Origin: a candidate division FCPU426 bacterium
Lineage (GTDB): Bacteria > Oederibacteriota > JAAXVQ01 > JAUVAV01
DNA length: 64,000 bases
Assembly (NCBI GenBank): GCA_030637655.1
Contig: DAOWGI010000005.1
Span: 1-64,000 of the forward strand
Reading direction: 5' to 3'
Shown here: positions 1 through 11,007 of the stretch, piece by piece
Position numbering within the stretch: the first letter of the stretch is position 1
Layout: every line of letters starts with the position of its first letter
The notes under the pieces: model-generated
Seen by the model: the letters and a program-made list of their open reading frames with translations, nothing else
Database searches by the model: none
What the model was told of the DNA's origin: nothing
Made by a program: the position numbers and the translations under genes

Positions 1-224
1 CACTGTTCTTCAAAAGCGCCGTCTTCAACCACATCACCAACATTGATAATAAATTTATAATCCGGAGTATTGGTTTTAATAGCGCGCAATACAGCACGAT
101 GATTTTTGTCGTCAGTTCGCGTGTCACCGTAAGCAATCCATTTCCAGGTATTGGCGCATTGGGCTGTGAAAGGGATTAAAATCAGAAATAAAACAAAGAG
201 AATTTTCGTTACTCTTTTAAGCAT
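1..224 (-). CDS. Secreted metallophosphoesterase (calcineurin-like), 5' part; runs off the window
   Basis: Manual translation MLKRVTKILFVLFLILIPFTAQCANTWKWIAYGDTR...FIINVGDVVEDG shows a signal peptide plus GD and GDxV metallophosphoesterase motifs; GGAG RBS upstream. Confidence 0.8.
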   Translation of the reverse strand, partial: MLKRVTKILFVLFLILIPFTAQCANTWKWIAYGDTRTDDKNHRAVLRAIKTNTPDYKFIINVGDVVEDGAFEEQ

Positions 225-297
225 AACTTGAACTCCTGAGCTATGCTCATAAAATTCCAGCGGTTCCAGTTTTTCGAATCCGCCCTGAAGGTATGTT

Positions 298-819
298 TTA
301 CCAATCATTATCCTGAAAGCCGCGCAATCCCTTGGGTTTGTCCAAGATTTCCTTAAGTATGACAGCGCGTCGTAGGTCTGCCAATGAGTTAAACAAGGGA
401 CTGCTTTCCGAAATGGATTCAGCAATGGTTTCCGGTGGGGGTTCTATTGGTGCTGGTTCATCTGTATATTTAAAAATAGGCAATGGCTCGACAGCCTTTT
501 GCTGAGAAGAACTCTCCCTGGCTGGCAGCAATCGAGTTAAGGCAACACCTCTGGGCACGGTTTTCGGTTCTGGTTCAGGGACTACTGGAATATCTTCTTC
601 CTCATCAGCATCTTCCTCAAATTCGAGGATTTCTTCGTAAAAATTACTATCTTCATCCTCAGCTTCCTGTGTTTGAGCCCCAGTAGCCGAAATTTTAGCT
701 GCCATTGCTTGATCGTTTTTCTTGGCTTGTTCGGATTTTTTGAAAACTTTACGAAAAAAATACCAAATAGCGCCGAGGGTAATAAGTATTTGAATTAAAC
801 CGGAAAAATCATATGCCAT
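298..819 (-). CDS. Membrane-anchored acidic protein, YqfB-like third gene of the nfeD-floA operon
   Basis: N-terminal TM, acidic linker, C-terminal LRRAVILKEILDKP motif; position after floA. Confidence 0.65.
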   Translation of the reverse strand: MAYDFSGLIQILITLGAIWYFFRKVFKKSEQAKKNDQAMAAKISATGAQTQEAEDEDSNFYEEILEFEEDADEEEDIPVVPEPEPKTVPRGVALTRLLPARESSSQQKAVEPLPIFKYTDEPAPIEPPPETIAESISESSPLFNSLADLRRAVILKEILDKPKGLRGFQDNDW

Positions 820-874
820 GATCTCAGCCTCGTGTAAAGAATTTTATACGCCGAATATTTTAATCGAATATCTG

Positions 875-902
875 GTAGGGGCGTTTAATTAAACGCCCCT
901 AC
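875..902. repeat. GTAG-type REP palindrome
   Basis: gtaggggcgtttaattaaacgcccctac, perfect 28-bp palindrome. Confidence 0.85.
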
Positions 903-920
903 TGTTGTAATGGAAGTTAA

Positions 921-1910
921 TTAGCGTTTGCGTTCGCCTTTGTCGGTTTTGGAAATGGAATCGCGCATATCCGTGTCCGCCTGGATGTTTTTCATGCGGT
1001 AAAAATCCATGATGCCCAGGTTCCCGGACCGGAAGGAATCGGCAATGGCTTGCGGAATTTTGGCTTCTGCTTCCACTACTTTGGCGCGGTTTTCCTGGGT
1101 TTTGGCTTTCATTTCCTGCTCTTGCGCAATAGCCATGGCCCGTCGCTGTTCTGCTTTGGCTTGGGCCACCTTTTTGTCTGCTTCAGCCTGGTCGGTCTGC
1201 AGAGCAGCACCGATATTGCGTCCTACATCAACATCCGCAATATCAATAGAAAGAATTTCAAAAGCAGTTCCAGAGTCCAACCCTTTTTCCAATACGCGTT
1301 TGGAGATGAGGTCCGGGTTTTCAAGCACTTCTTTGTGTGTTTTGGAAGACCCAATGGTAGTAACAATACCTTCGCCCACCCGGGCAATGATGGTCTCTTC
1401 AGTGGCGCCGCCGATCAAACGTTCAATGTTAGCGCGGACTGTTACCCGGGCTTTGGCTTTGAGCTGGATACCGTCGCCGGCCACAGCTTCAATGGAAGCC
1501 TTACCGGAAGAGGCGGCGGGACAATCAATAACCTTGGGATTAACACTGGTTTTTACAGCATCCAATACGTCACGGCCGGCCAGATCAATGGCCGCGGCTT
1601 TTTTAAATTCCAATTCAATGTTCGCTTTATTGGCAGCAATGAGTGCGAATACCACGCGCGTGACATTACCGCCGGCCAGATAATGGGCTTCCAAATCAGC
1701 CACAGATAATTGCAGGCCGGCTTTGGTTGACATGATCATACCCTGAACAATGACAGTAGCGGAAACCTTACGCAAGGTCATGCCAATGAGGTTGGCATAG
1801 GTAATGCGTACACCGGATAAACGAGCGCGTAACCACAATCCGAAAAAGGAAAGGATTACCATTAAAACGATAAACAGTAACAGCCCTAACAGACCAATCA
1901 GAATCCACAT
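921..1910 (-). CDS. floA: Flotillin-like protein FloA (YqfA/UPF0365)
   Basis: [22 protein letters not shown] and [17 protein letters not shown] signature stretches. Confidence 0.95.
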   Translation of the reverse strand: MWILIGLLGLLLFIVLMVILSFFGLWLRARLSGVRITYANLIGMTLRKVSATVIVQGMIMSTKAGLQLSVADLEAHYLAGGNVTRVVFALIAANKANIELEFKKAAAIDLAGRDVLDAVKTSVNPKVIDCPAASSGKASIEAVAGDGIQLKAKARVTVRANIERLIGGATEETIIARVGEGIVTTIGSSKTHKEVLENPDLISKRVLEKGLDSGTAFEILSIDIADVDVGRNIGAALQTDQAEADKKVAQAKAEQRRAMAIAQEQEMKAKTQENRAKVVEAEAKIPQAIADSFRSGNLGIMDFYRMKNIQADTDMRDSISKTDKGERKR

Positions 1911-1955
1911 AATACTTGCCTCCTTGAGTTTGGTTTATTTACCAATCTTGTGTGC

Positions 1956-3434
1956 TTAGGACGGTCGCACCAAGATGCGGTTGCCTGTAACATCAATAAT
2001 AGTAATGGAAGTATCTTTCTCAATAAATCCGCTCTCTGCCACCACATCAAGCAGTTTCTGACCAAATTGTCCTTTGCCAACCGGTCTGAGAGTTGTGGTC
2101 GCTTTGCCTACAGATCCGATTAAGGCAGTGGTACTCTCCGTGGCAACAGAAAAACCATCTTCCTGACGTTGTTCGCGGGTTAATACTAAACGATTCAACC
2201 CGGGTAGGGAAGGAAGAAAATGCAGAAGAATTAAAAAGCCGGTAATGCTGGTCAAGATGGAGACGAACATGAGCACCAGGGTCCTGGTAAATAAGGTGAA
2301 GTCCCAGGGATATTTGGGAATCACAAAAGGAACAAAAGCCAGATAAAGGCCTATGCACATAAAGGCAATACCGGCAATACCTGTGATACCAAAGCCCGGA
2401 ATAACAAAAATTTCAACTAACAGCAGAATGATACCAACGGCAAAAATCATAAATTCGGTCATTTCTGCCAGATTGACAATATATTTGCCCCAGAAGAGAA
2501 GACCCAAGGCGGTGATGCCGACAATTCCGGCCCAGCCAAAGCCGGGATTGCTAATTTCAGTATATAGAGCAATCAGGCCAATCATCATCAAAAGCCCACT
2601 GATCATGGAACTGGTTAGAAAACCGGCTACGAATTCAGTCCAGTTTCGTTCTTGCACTACTATAGTGGCTTGGGGCATTTCCAGGGCTTGGAGTAAAGCT
2701 TCCTTATTTTCAATCATTGCCTGGGACAGACCATAAGCCAAAGATTGTTGGGCAGTCAGGTTAAGCAGTTTACCTTTGGCCGTTACTTTGGGTCCGATTG
2801 AGACCTCTTTTTTCTCTTTCTTGGCCAAGTCAATCTCATCCTGAGTCAGGTACTTGGTCTGGTCGTTTACACTCACCTGCCAAACCTCAAGGTCTTTATC
2901 CACCATGGCTGCAGCCAGATTGGGTGGGTAGCCGTTTTTTTCAGCTACAGACCGGAATTTGGCCCGGATGGCAGAGATATATTTTTCTCCCAAAGCTTCG
3001 GTCTTGGCTTGACCGCCACCGGCAGATACCGGTGTGGCAGAACCGATCGAACTGCCGGACTTCATGTAAATGGCTTTGCATCCCAGAGCTAAAAGAGCGC
3101 CGGCAGACCAGGCTTTGTCTTCAATATAGGCATAGACTGGAAGATCTTGGGCCGCATTTATGTGTTCAATGATTTCCAGTGCCGAATCCACCCGGCCGCC
3201 AAAAGTATCAATGCCGATGATGATAGCAGCAGCATTTTCATTCTTGGCTTTTTGAATGACGCGTTTTACAAAACCGGACATGCCAAAATGGACTTCCGTA
3301 TCCAGCTTGAAATAATGCACGTCTTGTTTCGCCGCGACGGTTTTATCAGCCAGCGACCAATTGGATTGCAAGGCCAGCAAGAGGGCGAAGCATATGGTGG
3401 TTAGGAAAATAATTCTATTTTTCATGTTTGACAT
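1956..3434 (-). CDS. nfeD: NfeD family membrane-bound ClpP-class serine protease (YqeZ-like)
   Basis: IDTFGGRVD and AWSAGAL protease domain, multi-TM region, C-terminal OB fold (TTLRPVGK); directly upstream of floA. Confidence 0.92.
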   Translation of the reverse strand: MSNMKNRIIFLTTICFALLLALQSNWSLADKTVAAKQDVHYFKLDTEVHFGMSGFVKRVIQKAKNENAAAIIIGIDTFGGRVDSALEIIEHINAAQDLPVYAYIEDKAWSAGALLALGCKAIYMKSGSSIGSATPVSAGGGQAKTEALGEKYISAIRAKFRSVAEKNGYPPNLAAAMVDKDLEVWQVSVNDQTKYLTQDEIDLAKKEKKEVSIGPKVTAKGKLLNLTAQQSLAYGLSQAMIENKEALLQALEMPQATIVVQERNWTEFVAGFLTSSMISGLLMMIGLIALYTEISNPGFGWAGIVGITALGLLFWGKYIVNLAEMTEFMIFAVGIILLLVEIFVIPGFGITGIAGIAFMCIGLYLAFVPFVIPKYPWDFTLFTRTLVLMFVSILTSITGFLILLHFLPSLPGLNRLVLTREQRQEDGFSVATESTTALIGSVGKATTTLRPVGKGQFGQKLLDVVAESGFIEKDTSITIIDVTGNRILVRPS

Positions 3435-3472
3435 TGTCCTTGATAATGATGGATTTTATTATACAACCATAT

Positions 3473-4645
3473 TTATAATGCTTGTAGACTTTTTATTTTT
3501 TGTTTTACTTCACTAATTCTATCTGAGAACTGATCCTCCGGTGCCAACTGTAAAAACAGTTTGTACGTCTCCAGGGCCTTTGCCCGCTGTCCGAGGTTTT
3601 CATAACACACTCCGGAAAAAAAGTAGGTCATGGGCATGGCTTTGGCAAAACCAGGATTGTGCTTGAAAAGGAATTCGAAATCATGGATGGCATCTTCGGA
3701 TTTTGAATTTTGTAAATACGCAAAGCCGCGCTTGGCACGGCTGGATGCCTCTTGGGGCGCGGTCTCCAAGACTGTGGTGAAATCTACGATGGCTTGCCAA
3801 TAATCGTATCGATTCAGATGAAAATCTCCACGCGCTTCATATGCCCGGATGAAGTTGGGGTCAAGCTTAACAGTTTTGTCATAATTGACGATTGCGCGCT
3901 GATGCTTGCCTTCAGCGTAGTAGACGGTTCCGATATAAAAATAGGCAGGGGCAAACTCGTTATCCAATTGCAAGGCTTTTCGGTATTCGGTCAGAGCTGC
4001 TTCGTGATTTTTCCTGTTCTGGTAAACATTGCCCAGGTAAATATAGCCTCTAATGTATTGGGGATCCAACTCAAGTGCCTTTTTATATTCCAGCAAAGCG
4101 GCATCGGTCCGGTTGGTAAGGGCTAAAATTCGTCCGCGAATACCGTGTGCTATTGCGTTTCTCGGTTCGAGGCGTAAGGAGGTGTTGATGTCTTTCAAAG
4201 CTAAATTTAATTTGTTCTGTTTCAGGTGGAGATAAGCGCGTTCTCGTAATGCTCCGGCATGATGGGGGTTGTGATACAAGATCACGTGCAAATCGTTTTG
4301 AAGCATTTGATGGTTGTTTAATTTCTGATGGATTTGGGCACGTTGGAAACGCAACTCAAGATTAGCAGGATTCTTTTTTAATTTGGATGTAAGCTCGAGA
4401 GCGCTGAGTTCCAATTGCTCTGTGGTAGGGGTAGGAGTGGATTTGAGTGCGGTAAAATCCTCTTGGCTTGAGTCATCCTGCATTGCCGTTGCGACCAGAT
4501 CATTCACTTTATCGAGAAAATGAAGTTTGTCTTTGAAAATTAGGATTCCGGCAATAAGTCCGATGAGGAGAATAGCGGACATAAAAAGACAACCTGCCAA
4601 GCAGTTTTCTAAAAATCCGGCTTGCTTCATTTGACGTGTCAGCAT
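3473..4645 (-). CDS. Membrane-anchored TPR-repeat protein
   Basis: N-terminal TM and many TPRs (ALELDP, ALQLDN); ATG 4645 follows a GAGGTG RBS. Confidence 0.85.
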   Translation of the reverse strand: MLTRQMKQAGFLENCLAGCLFMSAILLIGLIAGILIFKDKLHFLDKVNDLVATAMQDDSSQEDFTALKSTPTPTTEQLELSALELTSKLKKNPANLELRFQRAQIHQKLNNHQMLQNDLHVILYHNPHHAGALRERAYLHLKQNKLNLALKDINTSLRLEPRNAIAHGIRGRILALTNRTDAALLEYKKALELDPQYIRGYIYLGNVYQNRKNHEAALTEYRKALQLDNEFAPAYFYIGTVYYAEGKHQRAIVNYDKTVKLDPNFIRAYEARGDFHLNRYDYWQAIVDFTTVLETAPQEASSRAKRGFAYLQNSKSEDAIHDFEFLFKHNPGFAKAMPMTYFFSGVCYENLGQRAKALETYKLFLQLAPEDQFSDRISEVKQKIKSLQAL

Positions 4646-4659
4646 AATTTTCACCTCGT

Positions 4660-4685
4660 CCCACGGGCTTACCCGTGGGCTCCAT
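4660..4685 (+). repeat. Solo IS200/IS605-like end hairpin
   Basis: cccacgggcttacccgtgggctccat nearly matches the right end of the element at 45592-45731. Confidence 0.65.
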
Positions 4686-5414
4686 TTAATAAATACTGGT
4701 GGGGATGTTGTAGGTGATGCCGATAATGATAGTATCGATTGCTCCGGATTTAATCATATCGGAAATCTCCAGGTCATTGGCTACGCTGTAGCTCACAGAA
4801 CGGAGAATGTATTCCGCAAAAAATGAGACAAAAGGCATAAATTCATAACTGACACCAATACCGAGGTTAACGCCAAAACCGGTAAAGTCCGCTTGGGCAA
4901 TACGGCTGGTATAATCGTAATCCACTTTGCCGGTTAATTCGGTATCCGAGTAGAGTTCGCCTTTTTCGATATTGAGTAGAGTATAGTTTAAACCGGCAAT
5001 GAGATGCAACTCAGCCGGCATGATCGGGATGACCAGCTTGGCGTTTAAGTCTACAAAATGATAGGTCATCAATCCTTCGGGTTCATTGAACAAGGAAGAA
5101 GTATCTTTGCTGTGGGCGAAAGTACAATATTGAATTTCAGCACCCCAATATCCCTGGATATAGTCCATACGAGCAGCAAAGCCCATGGCCATATCCTCGG
5201 GTGTTGGCAGGTCAAGATACTGATAGCTGGAACTGTCAAAATCATAATGTTTTAAAATATTTTGTCCGTTGAAATCTCCAGTGGCAACCGTGTTGTGAGC
5301 ACCGCCGATTCCAATACGCAATCCGTCAGCAGCGATTGGAGCAGCCAGAGAAGTCATTAACAGAAGCGCTCCTACAGCAGATCCAATACAACATTTTAAT
5401 AATGGTGTTTTCAT
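4686..5414 (-). CDS. Outer-membrane beta-barrel protein (OmpA/OmpW-like)
   Basis: Signal peptide from MKTPLLK (AGGAAGG RBS), amphipathic strands such as GVNLGIGVSYEF and C-terminal GITYNI. Confidence 0.7.
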   Translation of the reverse strand: MKTPLLKCCIGSAVGALLLMTSLAAPIAADGLRIGIGGAHNTVATGDFNGQNILKHYDFDSSSYQYLDLPTPEDMAMGFAARMDYIQGYWGAEIQYCTFAHSKDTSSLFNEPEGLMTYHFVDLNAKLVIPIMPAELHLIAGLNYTLLNIEKGELYSDTELTGKVDYDYTSRIAQADFTGFGVNLGIGVSYEFMPFVSFFAEYILRSVSYSVANDLEISDMIKSGAIDTIIIGITYNIPTSIY

Positions 5415-5570
5415 ATAATACCTTCCTTTCCTGAATAATAAGCTAAGACTATTTATGACGTAAAACGGAACTAAATTCAAGAGATTATTTCTAAAATTTA
5501 AACGTGACCCCTGAATAATATAGTTATATACTGTATGCCTTAACTCAATATCTTTTGAAATGAGAGGGAA

Positions 5571-6479
5571 ATGAATAAAACTAAATTTGTATTTATCTGT
5601 TTGACACTTATCTTTATGGCTAAAACCGGTCTGGCAGAACCCCTGACTATGACAATCACTTTGACCAGTACACAAACCTTAACCATGACTTCTACAACTA
5701 CCATAACACCGACTTTTACGGTTACTGAAACATACACCTCGACCCCGACTTACACAGTGACTCCAACTCATTCTCCGACGAGAACTAATACACCAACATA
5801 TACCATAACACCAACCATCACGCCAACCTGGTCAATCACACCGACCTATACAGACACACCCACAGTGACTCCTACAGATTCGCCGACTTTGACAGGCACG
5901 CCTACATTTACTCCCACGCATACTCCGACTACTACTGCTACCCCAACCGCAACCGAGACGAAAACTTATACAATTACCCCTACTGCGACTATAACCTCGA
6001 CATTAACGATCTCTGTGACTTCGACTCTTTCCGCGACGAATACGGTTAGCCCGACAATTACTCCAACTGCCACCGTGACCCCCACCTCCACGATTACTCC
6101 GACAATTTCTGCAACATCGACTGTCACCAATACCAGCACAGTCACTTCTTCGTCTACGATCACTTCGACCCACACACATACTTTAACACCATACACAGGG
6201 GTTGGATCGGATGTTATTACGTATCCTTCGCCGGCTGCGGGAGGCGATATCTGGTTCTATTACAGGGCAGAACAAGGATCCAGGATGCGTATTCAAATCT
6301 ATAATATTGTTGGAGAAAAGCTGGATTTTGTTGAAAAATACCATCATATCTCCGGCTATCATCGCATTCACTGGGATATACGTAATGCGGCACCTGGCAT
6401 TTATATTTATCGAAGTAAACGAATAGCTGCGGATGGCAGAAATACATTTAAATTTAATAAATTGGTTATTGTGAAATGA
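5571..6479 (+). CDS. Secreted Thr/Pro-rich mucin-like protein with T9SS type-A CTD-like C-terminus
   Basis: Signal peptide, about 185 aa of TxTPT repeats, then YPSP...IYNIVGE...APGIYIY...KLVIVK. Confidence 0.8.
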   Translation: MNKTKFVFICLTLIFMAKTGLAEPLTMTITLTSTQTLTMTSTTTITPTFTVTETYTSTPTYTVTPTHSPTRTNTPTYTITPTITPTWSITPTYTDTPTVTPTDSPTLTGTPTFTPTHTPTTTATPTATETKTYTITPTATITSTLTISVTSTLSATNTVSPTITPTATVTPTSTITPTISATSTVTNTSTVTSSSTITSTHTHTLTPYTGVGSDVITYPSPAAGGDIWFYYRAEQGSRMRIQIYNIVGEKLDFVEKYHHISGYHRIHWDIRNAAPGIYIYRSKRIAADGRNTFKFNKLVIVK

Positions 6480-6553
6480 CACTAATCCTGAATGACAATT
6501 CATTGTCTGGGTGGACGATTGTTGTATTTTTGACGCCACGTGGGAATAACCGG

Positions 6554-7333
6554 TTAAATTCTTTGCAGTAACCAGATTGCGCCCTGGGTTTCGTTTTCAA
6601 TGACTTGGCATTCATCCAATTGGTGTTGCACGTACTGGGAGAATAGTTTTGTTTTGTCAGGGAAGCGTTTTATCAACTCGGCTGCCCGTTTTTGGATGAC
6701 TTTATTATTCTGATGGTTGTAAGCAATTATCTCATTTTTAGGTACAAGCAATTCTTGGATCAACTGATCACCATGCGAGAGCAATTGCCGCCTGGCTTCT
6801 TCGCGCGTTGCCACGTATTCATAGCCGGGGAATTCCAAAGGTTTTTCGGCCGAGGAGAAACCGTCATCGATCAGAATGTATCCGCCCGGATGAACGGTCT
6901 GCCGCAATTGTCCGATACACGATTCTAAATTCCCAAGTGCCGCACCCACAGCTGCGTAAATAACGATATCATAGTTGCGAACGCTTGGGAGAATCGTTCG
7001 TATATCCGCCAAGGCAAATTTGCAGAGTTTGTTGACCCCGTATTCTTCGGCTTTTTGCTTGGCTTCCTCCAGAAAGGGTTGAAAGTGATCATAGGCGTCG
7101 ATGTACAGACCAAACTTTTGTGCCAGTGTTATGGACACAGCGCCTTTTCCACACCCCACATCCAGAACACGCGATTCATCAGCAGGCAACCGCAAGGGCA
7201 GCAGCATATCGAAAATATGGTTGGGCGAACTGCCCAAAATCCAAATGTCGGCTAATAGTTCAGGTAAAAAAGGCAGCAATTCGACCGAAATATCAAGTGA
7301 CTCTGCAATTTTTTGTTCATTTGGAAACGTCAT
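6554..7333 (-). CDS. Class I SAM-dependent methyltransferase
   Basis: VLDVGCGKG motif I. Confidence 0.9.
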   Translation of the reverse strand: MTFPNEQKIAESLDISVELLPFLPELLADIWILGSSPNHIFDMLLPLRLPADESRVLDVGCGKGAVSITLAQKFGLYIDAYDHFQPFLEEAKQKAEEYGVNKLCKFALADIRTILPSVRNYDIVIYAAVGAALGNLESCIGQLRQTVHPGGYILIDDGFSSAEKPLEFPGYEYVATREEARRQLLSHGDQLIQELLVPKNEIIAYNHQNNKVIQKRAAELIKRFPDKTKLFSQYVQHQLDECQVIENETQGAIWLLQRI

Positions 7334-7637
7334 TTGTTTTCCTCCTCAGATAGACCTCTACCTATGTTATAGGAACGTCACTTATGGTTTAGTCTTAATA
7401 TTGAAAACAGGGAAAATACTTTTTTGTCCTTTTTTTTCGAAGGTTCTTTAGTAGTATAAATGTGAATTTGGAGTGACCCAGGAGAGGCGTATGAATAAAT
7501 ACCTAACGCTATGAATCAGAAAAAATAAGTGTGCCTAGTGCCACCTTGGATTTTCAAAAGTTGTGCCTGGACATTTAGGAATTCGATTGGAAATGCCGAT
7601 ACTGAATAAATAAAAATACTATCAAGGAAGAGGTGCT

Positions 7638-8081
7638 ATGGGCGCTGAAGACTATACCAGCGATGTAATTGTAGAAAAAAGAAAATTTCCGCGCAAACCT
7701 CTAAATCTGATTGTTCATTTTCACGTAATCTCTTCTAAACCGGGCGAGGAAATGCACGAATCCACTGAGAATATAAGTGCCTGCGGGTTGGCCTTTCGTT
7801 GCGGGCAAAAGCTGGAAAAGGGACAAAAGATAATGATCACGCTCTATCTTCCACCGAAGGAGAAACGCAATGATGATAAAAAAAATTTGGTGTGTCAGGA
7901 GGAAGAATGCGCGGAAGTTAAAATTTTTGCACACGTGATCTGGAATATGCCCATGGTTGGAGGCCGGTTTATTCATGGGGTTGAATTTATATCGGTTGAT
8001 TTGAAAGACAAAAAATTAATTGATGAATTTCTATACGATTATAGTATGAATCTTCCTAATATTACGCAGGCTGACCAATAA
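7638..8081 (+). CDS. Stand-alone PilZ-domain protein
   Basis: RKFPR (RxxxR) and NISACG (D/NxSxxG). Confidence 0.88.
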   Translation: MGAEDYTSDVIVEKRKFPRKPLNLIVHFHVISSKPGEEMHESTENISACGLAFRCGQKLEKGQKIMITLYLPPKEKRNDDKKNLVCQEEECAEVKIFAHVIWNMPMVGGRFIHGVEFISVDLKDKKLIDEFLYDYSMNLPNITQADQ

Positions 8082-8184
8082 ATCCTATTCAAAAAAAACG
8101 CCTGGTTTGAATACTCCGGATGGATAATTTTAATTAAATCCAGTATAATGCCTGGTAATTATATAAATAAAGGACACGCTAAGC

Positions 8185-8805
8185 ATGTCACAATGTGAGG
8201 AACAGATTCCCCCGTATAGCCATTTAGGGTATTATTCACCCCAACGCATGGCCCAGTATTATTATCAAATCAAAGCCATACGTGAATCCGGCGCGAAAAA
8301 AGTGTTGGAAATTGGTCCGGGGCCGGGTGCGGTAACGCATATTTTACGAAAAGCGGGGCTAAAAGTATTGACCTGTGACTGCGAGCAGCGCTTGGAACCG
8401 GATCTGTGCGGTGATATACGAGAATTACCTTTGCCAAATGATGCAGTTGATTTTTCTCTCTGCTGTCAGGTATTGGAACATCTGCCGTTTGAAGATTTTA
8501 CGCGTGCTTTAAAGGAATTGAAAAGGGTGACGCGCGATCAAATATTTATTTCAATTCCCTATGTCTCCCGGGTTATTTATTCGTTGCATAAATATCCGGG
8601 AGGCCGAAGAAATTCCTGGGTATTTCATATTCCGTGGTTGCCCAGCAGAGGAAAACCGGCACCCGGTCATTTGTGGGAGATGGGCAGAAAAGGATATTCC
8701 AAATCAAGAATCGTGAAAGCAATACGTGACGTCGGATTACGACTTATGGCTGATTTTACACCGGTGGATTCACCGCAAAATCAATATTTTCTGTTGGAAA
8801 AATAA
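8185..8805 (+). CDS. Class I SAM-dependent methyltransferase (Methyltransf_11-like)
   Basis: VLEIGPGPG and CCQVLEHLP motifs. Confidence 0.88.
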   Translation: MSQCEEQIPPYSHLGYYSPQRMAQYYYQIKAIRESGAKKVLEIGPGPGAVTHILRKAGLKVLTCDCEQRLEPDLCGDIRELPLPNDAVDFSLCCQVLEHLPFEDFTRALKELKRVTRDQIFISIPYVSRVIYSLHKYPGGRRNSWVFHIPWLPSRGKPAPGHLWEMGRKGYSKSRIVKAIRDVGLRLMADFTPVDSPQNQYFLLEK

Positions 8806-8843
8806 GAACATCCCTGTGATGTATTGATTTATGAGGAGTTAGC

Positions 8844-9677
8844 GTGATTACTGTATTGACCATTGCTTACAATCAACGCTTGTATACAGAAATGCTGCTC
8901 AACAGTCTATCCCGTCCAGAATGCGCAAATGTACCATTTGAACTGGTATGTATAGATAATGGATCCACTGATAAAACCGAACAACTGGTCGTAACCTATC
9001 CACTGACCAAGAATCCGAATTTCAAAAATCTTACGTACTTTGCGTTTTCGGAAAACCTGGGTGTGGCTGCGGCAATTAATAAAGGATTTCAACTGGCCCA
9101 AACGGATTATATTGTACAAGCGGATAATGATGTTGTATTTGGTCCGCAGAGCCTGAGTATTATGCGAGCCTGGATGGAGCGGTATCCCCTGGGTATGATT
9201 TCACCGAATTGGCCTTGGATTCAGAAAAAGCTCGGGATTCGTTATTTTGAGAATCCAGGGGATATTACCCCTCCTAAACTAAAAAAACTCAAAAAAACAG
9301 GCTTGAAAGCCAAATTAGAGCCATTTCGGGCAACTGGTTCATGCTGGATGTGTTCACAGGAGCTTTTTGCTAAAATTGGGGGTTGGGATACGGAGTATAA
9401 AAACATTTGTGCTTCTGACGACTTTTTATGGAAAGTCTCACTTTCAGGAGCCAAACGGTTTATTGTTCCATGTCCGGTATATCATCCTGGTAAAATCACA
9501 CGCGGTAAAATTCCGGAAAATTCTGAACAGCAGGAAAAGGATCTGCGTCGCTTTGCGGAAAAGTGGGGCGGACATCCGGAGGATAAAAGCCGCTTGCGTG
9601 AGCTGCAACGCAAAGCCGGAGTTGCTCCGGATCCGGAGCTGCCGAAAACCATATGGCAGCGTTTATTTCACTGGTAG
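8844..9677 (+). CDS. Family 2 glycosyltransferase
   Basis: IDNGSTD, ENLGVAAAINKG and DND motifs. Confidence 0.9.
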   Translation: MITVLTIAYNQRLYTEMLLNSLSRPECANVPFELVCIDNGSTDKTEQLVVTYPLTKNPNFKNLTYFAFSENLGVAAAINKGFQLAQTDYIVQADNDVVFGPQSLSIMRAWMERYPLGMISPNWPWIQKKLGIRYFENPGDITPPKLKKLKKTGLKAKLEPFRATGSCWMCSQELFAKIGGWDTEYKNICASDDFLWKVSLSGAKRFIVPCPVYHPGKITRGKIPENSEQQEKDLRRFAEKWGGHPEDKSRLRELQRKAGVAPDPELPKTIWQRLFHW

Positions 9678-9781
9678 TAAGGGTATGGTTAATGTAAGGG
9701 CGAATTTTGTATTCGCCCGAAAATACGCCGGATAGAGGGCTAATGTCGGGTCGCCCAAAATTGGAGTTTGGAAAGGGAAGT

Positions 9782-10612
9782 ATGAAGCTGCTGATCGCTG
9801 TTGTTCTTATCCTGGTACTTGGGAAAATATTCATTGCCCATATGGTGCAAAAAAGTCTGTATTATCCCAGCCGGACTATGGCTGAAACACCTGACGCACT
9901 GCATATCGACTATGAAAATATCGAAATCACAACCCCGGATGGGACCAAACTGCATGCCTGGTTTGTCAGGCATCCCCAAGCCAAAACAACGGTTCTTTTT
10001 TGTCATGGTAATGCCGGAAATATATCGCACCGCCTATTTCGAATAAAATTTTTTCATAACCTCCAAGCCAACGTGCTGCTTTGGGATTATCGTGGATATG
10101 GAAAAAGTACAGGACGGCCTTCGGAAAAAGGTCTGTATCAGGATGTCCTGGCAGTCTGCGATTATCTGATCACTGCCAAAAATATTCCAGTTGAGAGTAT
10201 TATTGCATATGGCAAATCACTGGGCTGTGCCGTAGTGACGGAATTAAGCCGACACCGGGAAATTGGATACTTAGTTTTGGAAAGCCCGTTTATCTCAGTC
10301 ACTCAAATCGCCCAAGAAATGATTCCCTGGCTGCCAATGAAATATATTATTCGGCAAAAATATGATAATGTTGGTAAATTAGCAGTCAGTGCGGTGCCGA
10401 AATTAATTTTGCATGGACGCTATGATGAGATTATTGATTATCACCATGCAGAAATGTTGCATCAACAGGCTGCCGGCCCCAAAACATTTTTATCGTTTGA
10501 CGGTGGACACAATGATATTATTTATGTAACGTCGCAGGAGTATAAGAAGGTATTTCAAAAAATCATGAAAAACTGTCAAACGGCAGTGGCGAAAACTAAA
10601 AAAAAGAACTGA
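9782..10612 (+). CDS. Alpha/beta hydrolase (Bem46/ABHD13-like)
   Basis: HGNAGNI, DYRGYGKS, GKSLG nucleophile, HGRYDE and GGHND; start set at MKLLIA. Confidence 0.9.
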   Translation: MKLLIAVVLILVLGKIFIAHMVQKSLYYPSRTMAETPDALHIDYENIEITTPDGTKLHAWFVRHPQAKTTVLFCHGNAGNISHRLFRIKFFHNLQANVLLWDYRGYGKSTGRPSEKGLYQDVLAVCDYLITAKNIPVESIIAYGKSLGCAVVTELSRHREIGYLVLESPFISVTQIAQEMIPWLPMKYIIRQKYDNVGKLAVSAVPKLILHGRYDEIIDYHHAEMLHQQAAGPKTFLSFDGGHNDIIYVTSQEYKKVFQKIMKNCQTAVAKTKKKN

Positions 10613-10635
10613 ATACACTACACATAGGAGGAACC

Positions 10636-11007
10636 ATGGCCAGAGAAATCACAGATGCGCAAAATTATCAGGATCGTTTGTTGAAATTAATTCCCAGTGA
10701 GATTATTGGCGCCTATTTGTTCTTGCAGGGAGTTATACCGAAAGAACACGGCAAATGGGGAACTTCAATAGTGGTTTTCATTCTATGCATTATGACTCCC
10801 CTTTATTTAAAGCGGATCCAAAACGTGAATAAGAAAAACCAATTGGTGGTAACGACCATATCGTTTTTAGTTTGGGTGTATTCATTTGGGGGGCCGTTTA
10901 CCTTTTGGGGTATCTATCAACCCTGGTTGGGATCCATTATTCTGGTTTTATGGACCATGACAGTTCCCTTGGTGTTTGCACCGACTCTCAAAGCCAGGCC
11001 GGCGTAA
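10636..11007 (+). CDS. Small multi-pass membrane protein of unknown function
   Basis: AGGAGG RBS and 3-4 hydrophobic segments. Confidence 0.7.
   Translation: MAREITDAQNYQDRLLKLIPSEIIGAYLFLQGVIPKEHGKWGTSIVVFILCIMTPLYLKRIQNVNKKNQLVVTTISFLVWVYSFGGPFTFWGIYQPWLGSIILVLWTMTVPLVFAPTLKARPA

Noticed and set aside
1009-1709. Long antisense ORFs here and at 38901-39623, 42937-43707 and 55939-56388
   Set aside because: They are shadows of well-supported genes on the opposite strand, with no motifs of their own
4560-4645. Type IV prepilin leader on the TPR protein (KQAG-FLE)
   Set aside because: Glu is at +3 rather than +5, and there are no pilus genes nearby
5640-6200. Possible CRISPR or DNA tandem array
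   Set aside because: The periodicity is at protein level (Thr/Pro codons vary); there are no identical repeats with spacers
7491-7514. Leader peptide MNKYLTL upstream of the PilZ gene
   Set aside because: Very short, with no attenuator structure or codon bias to support it
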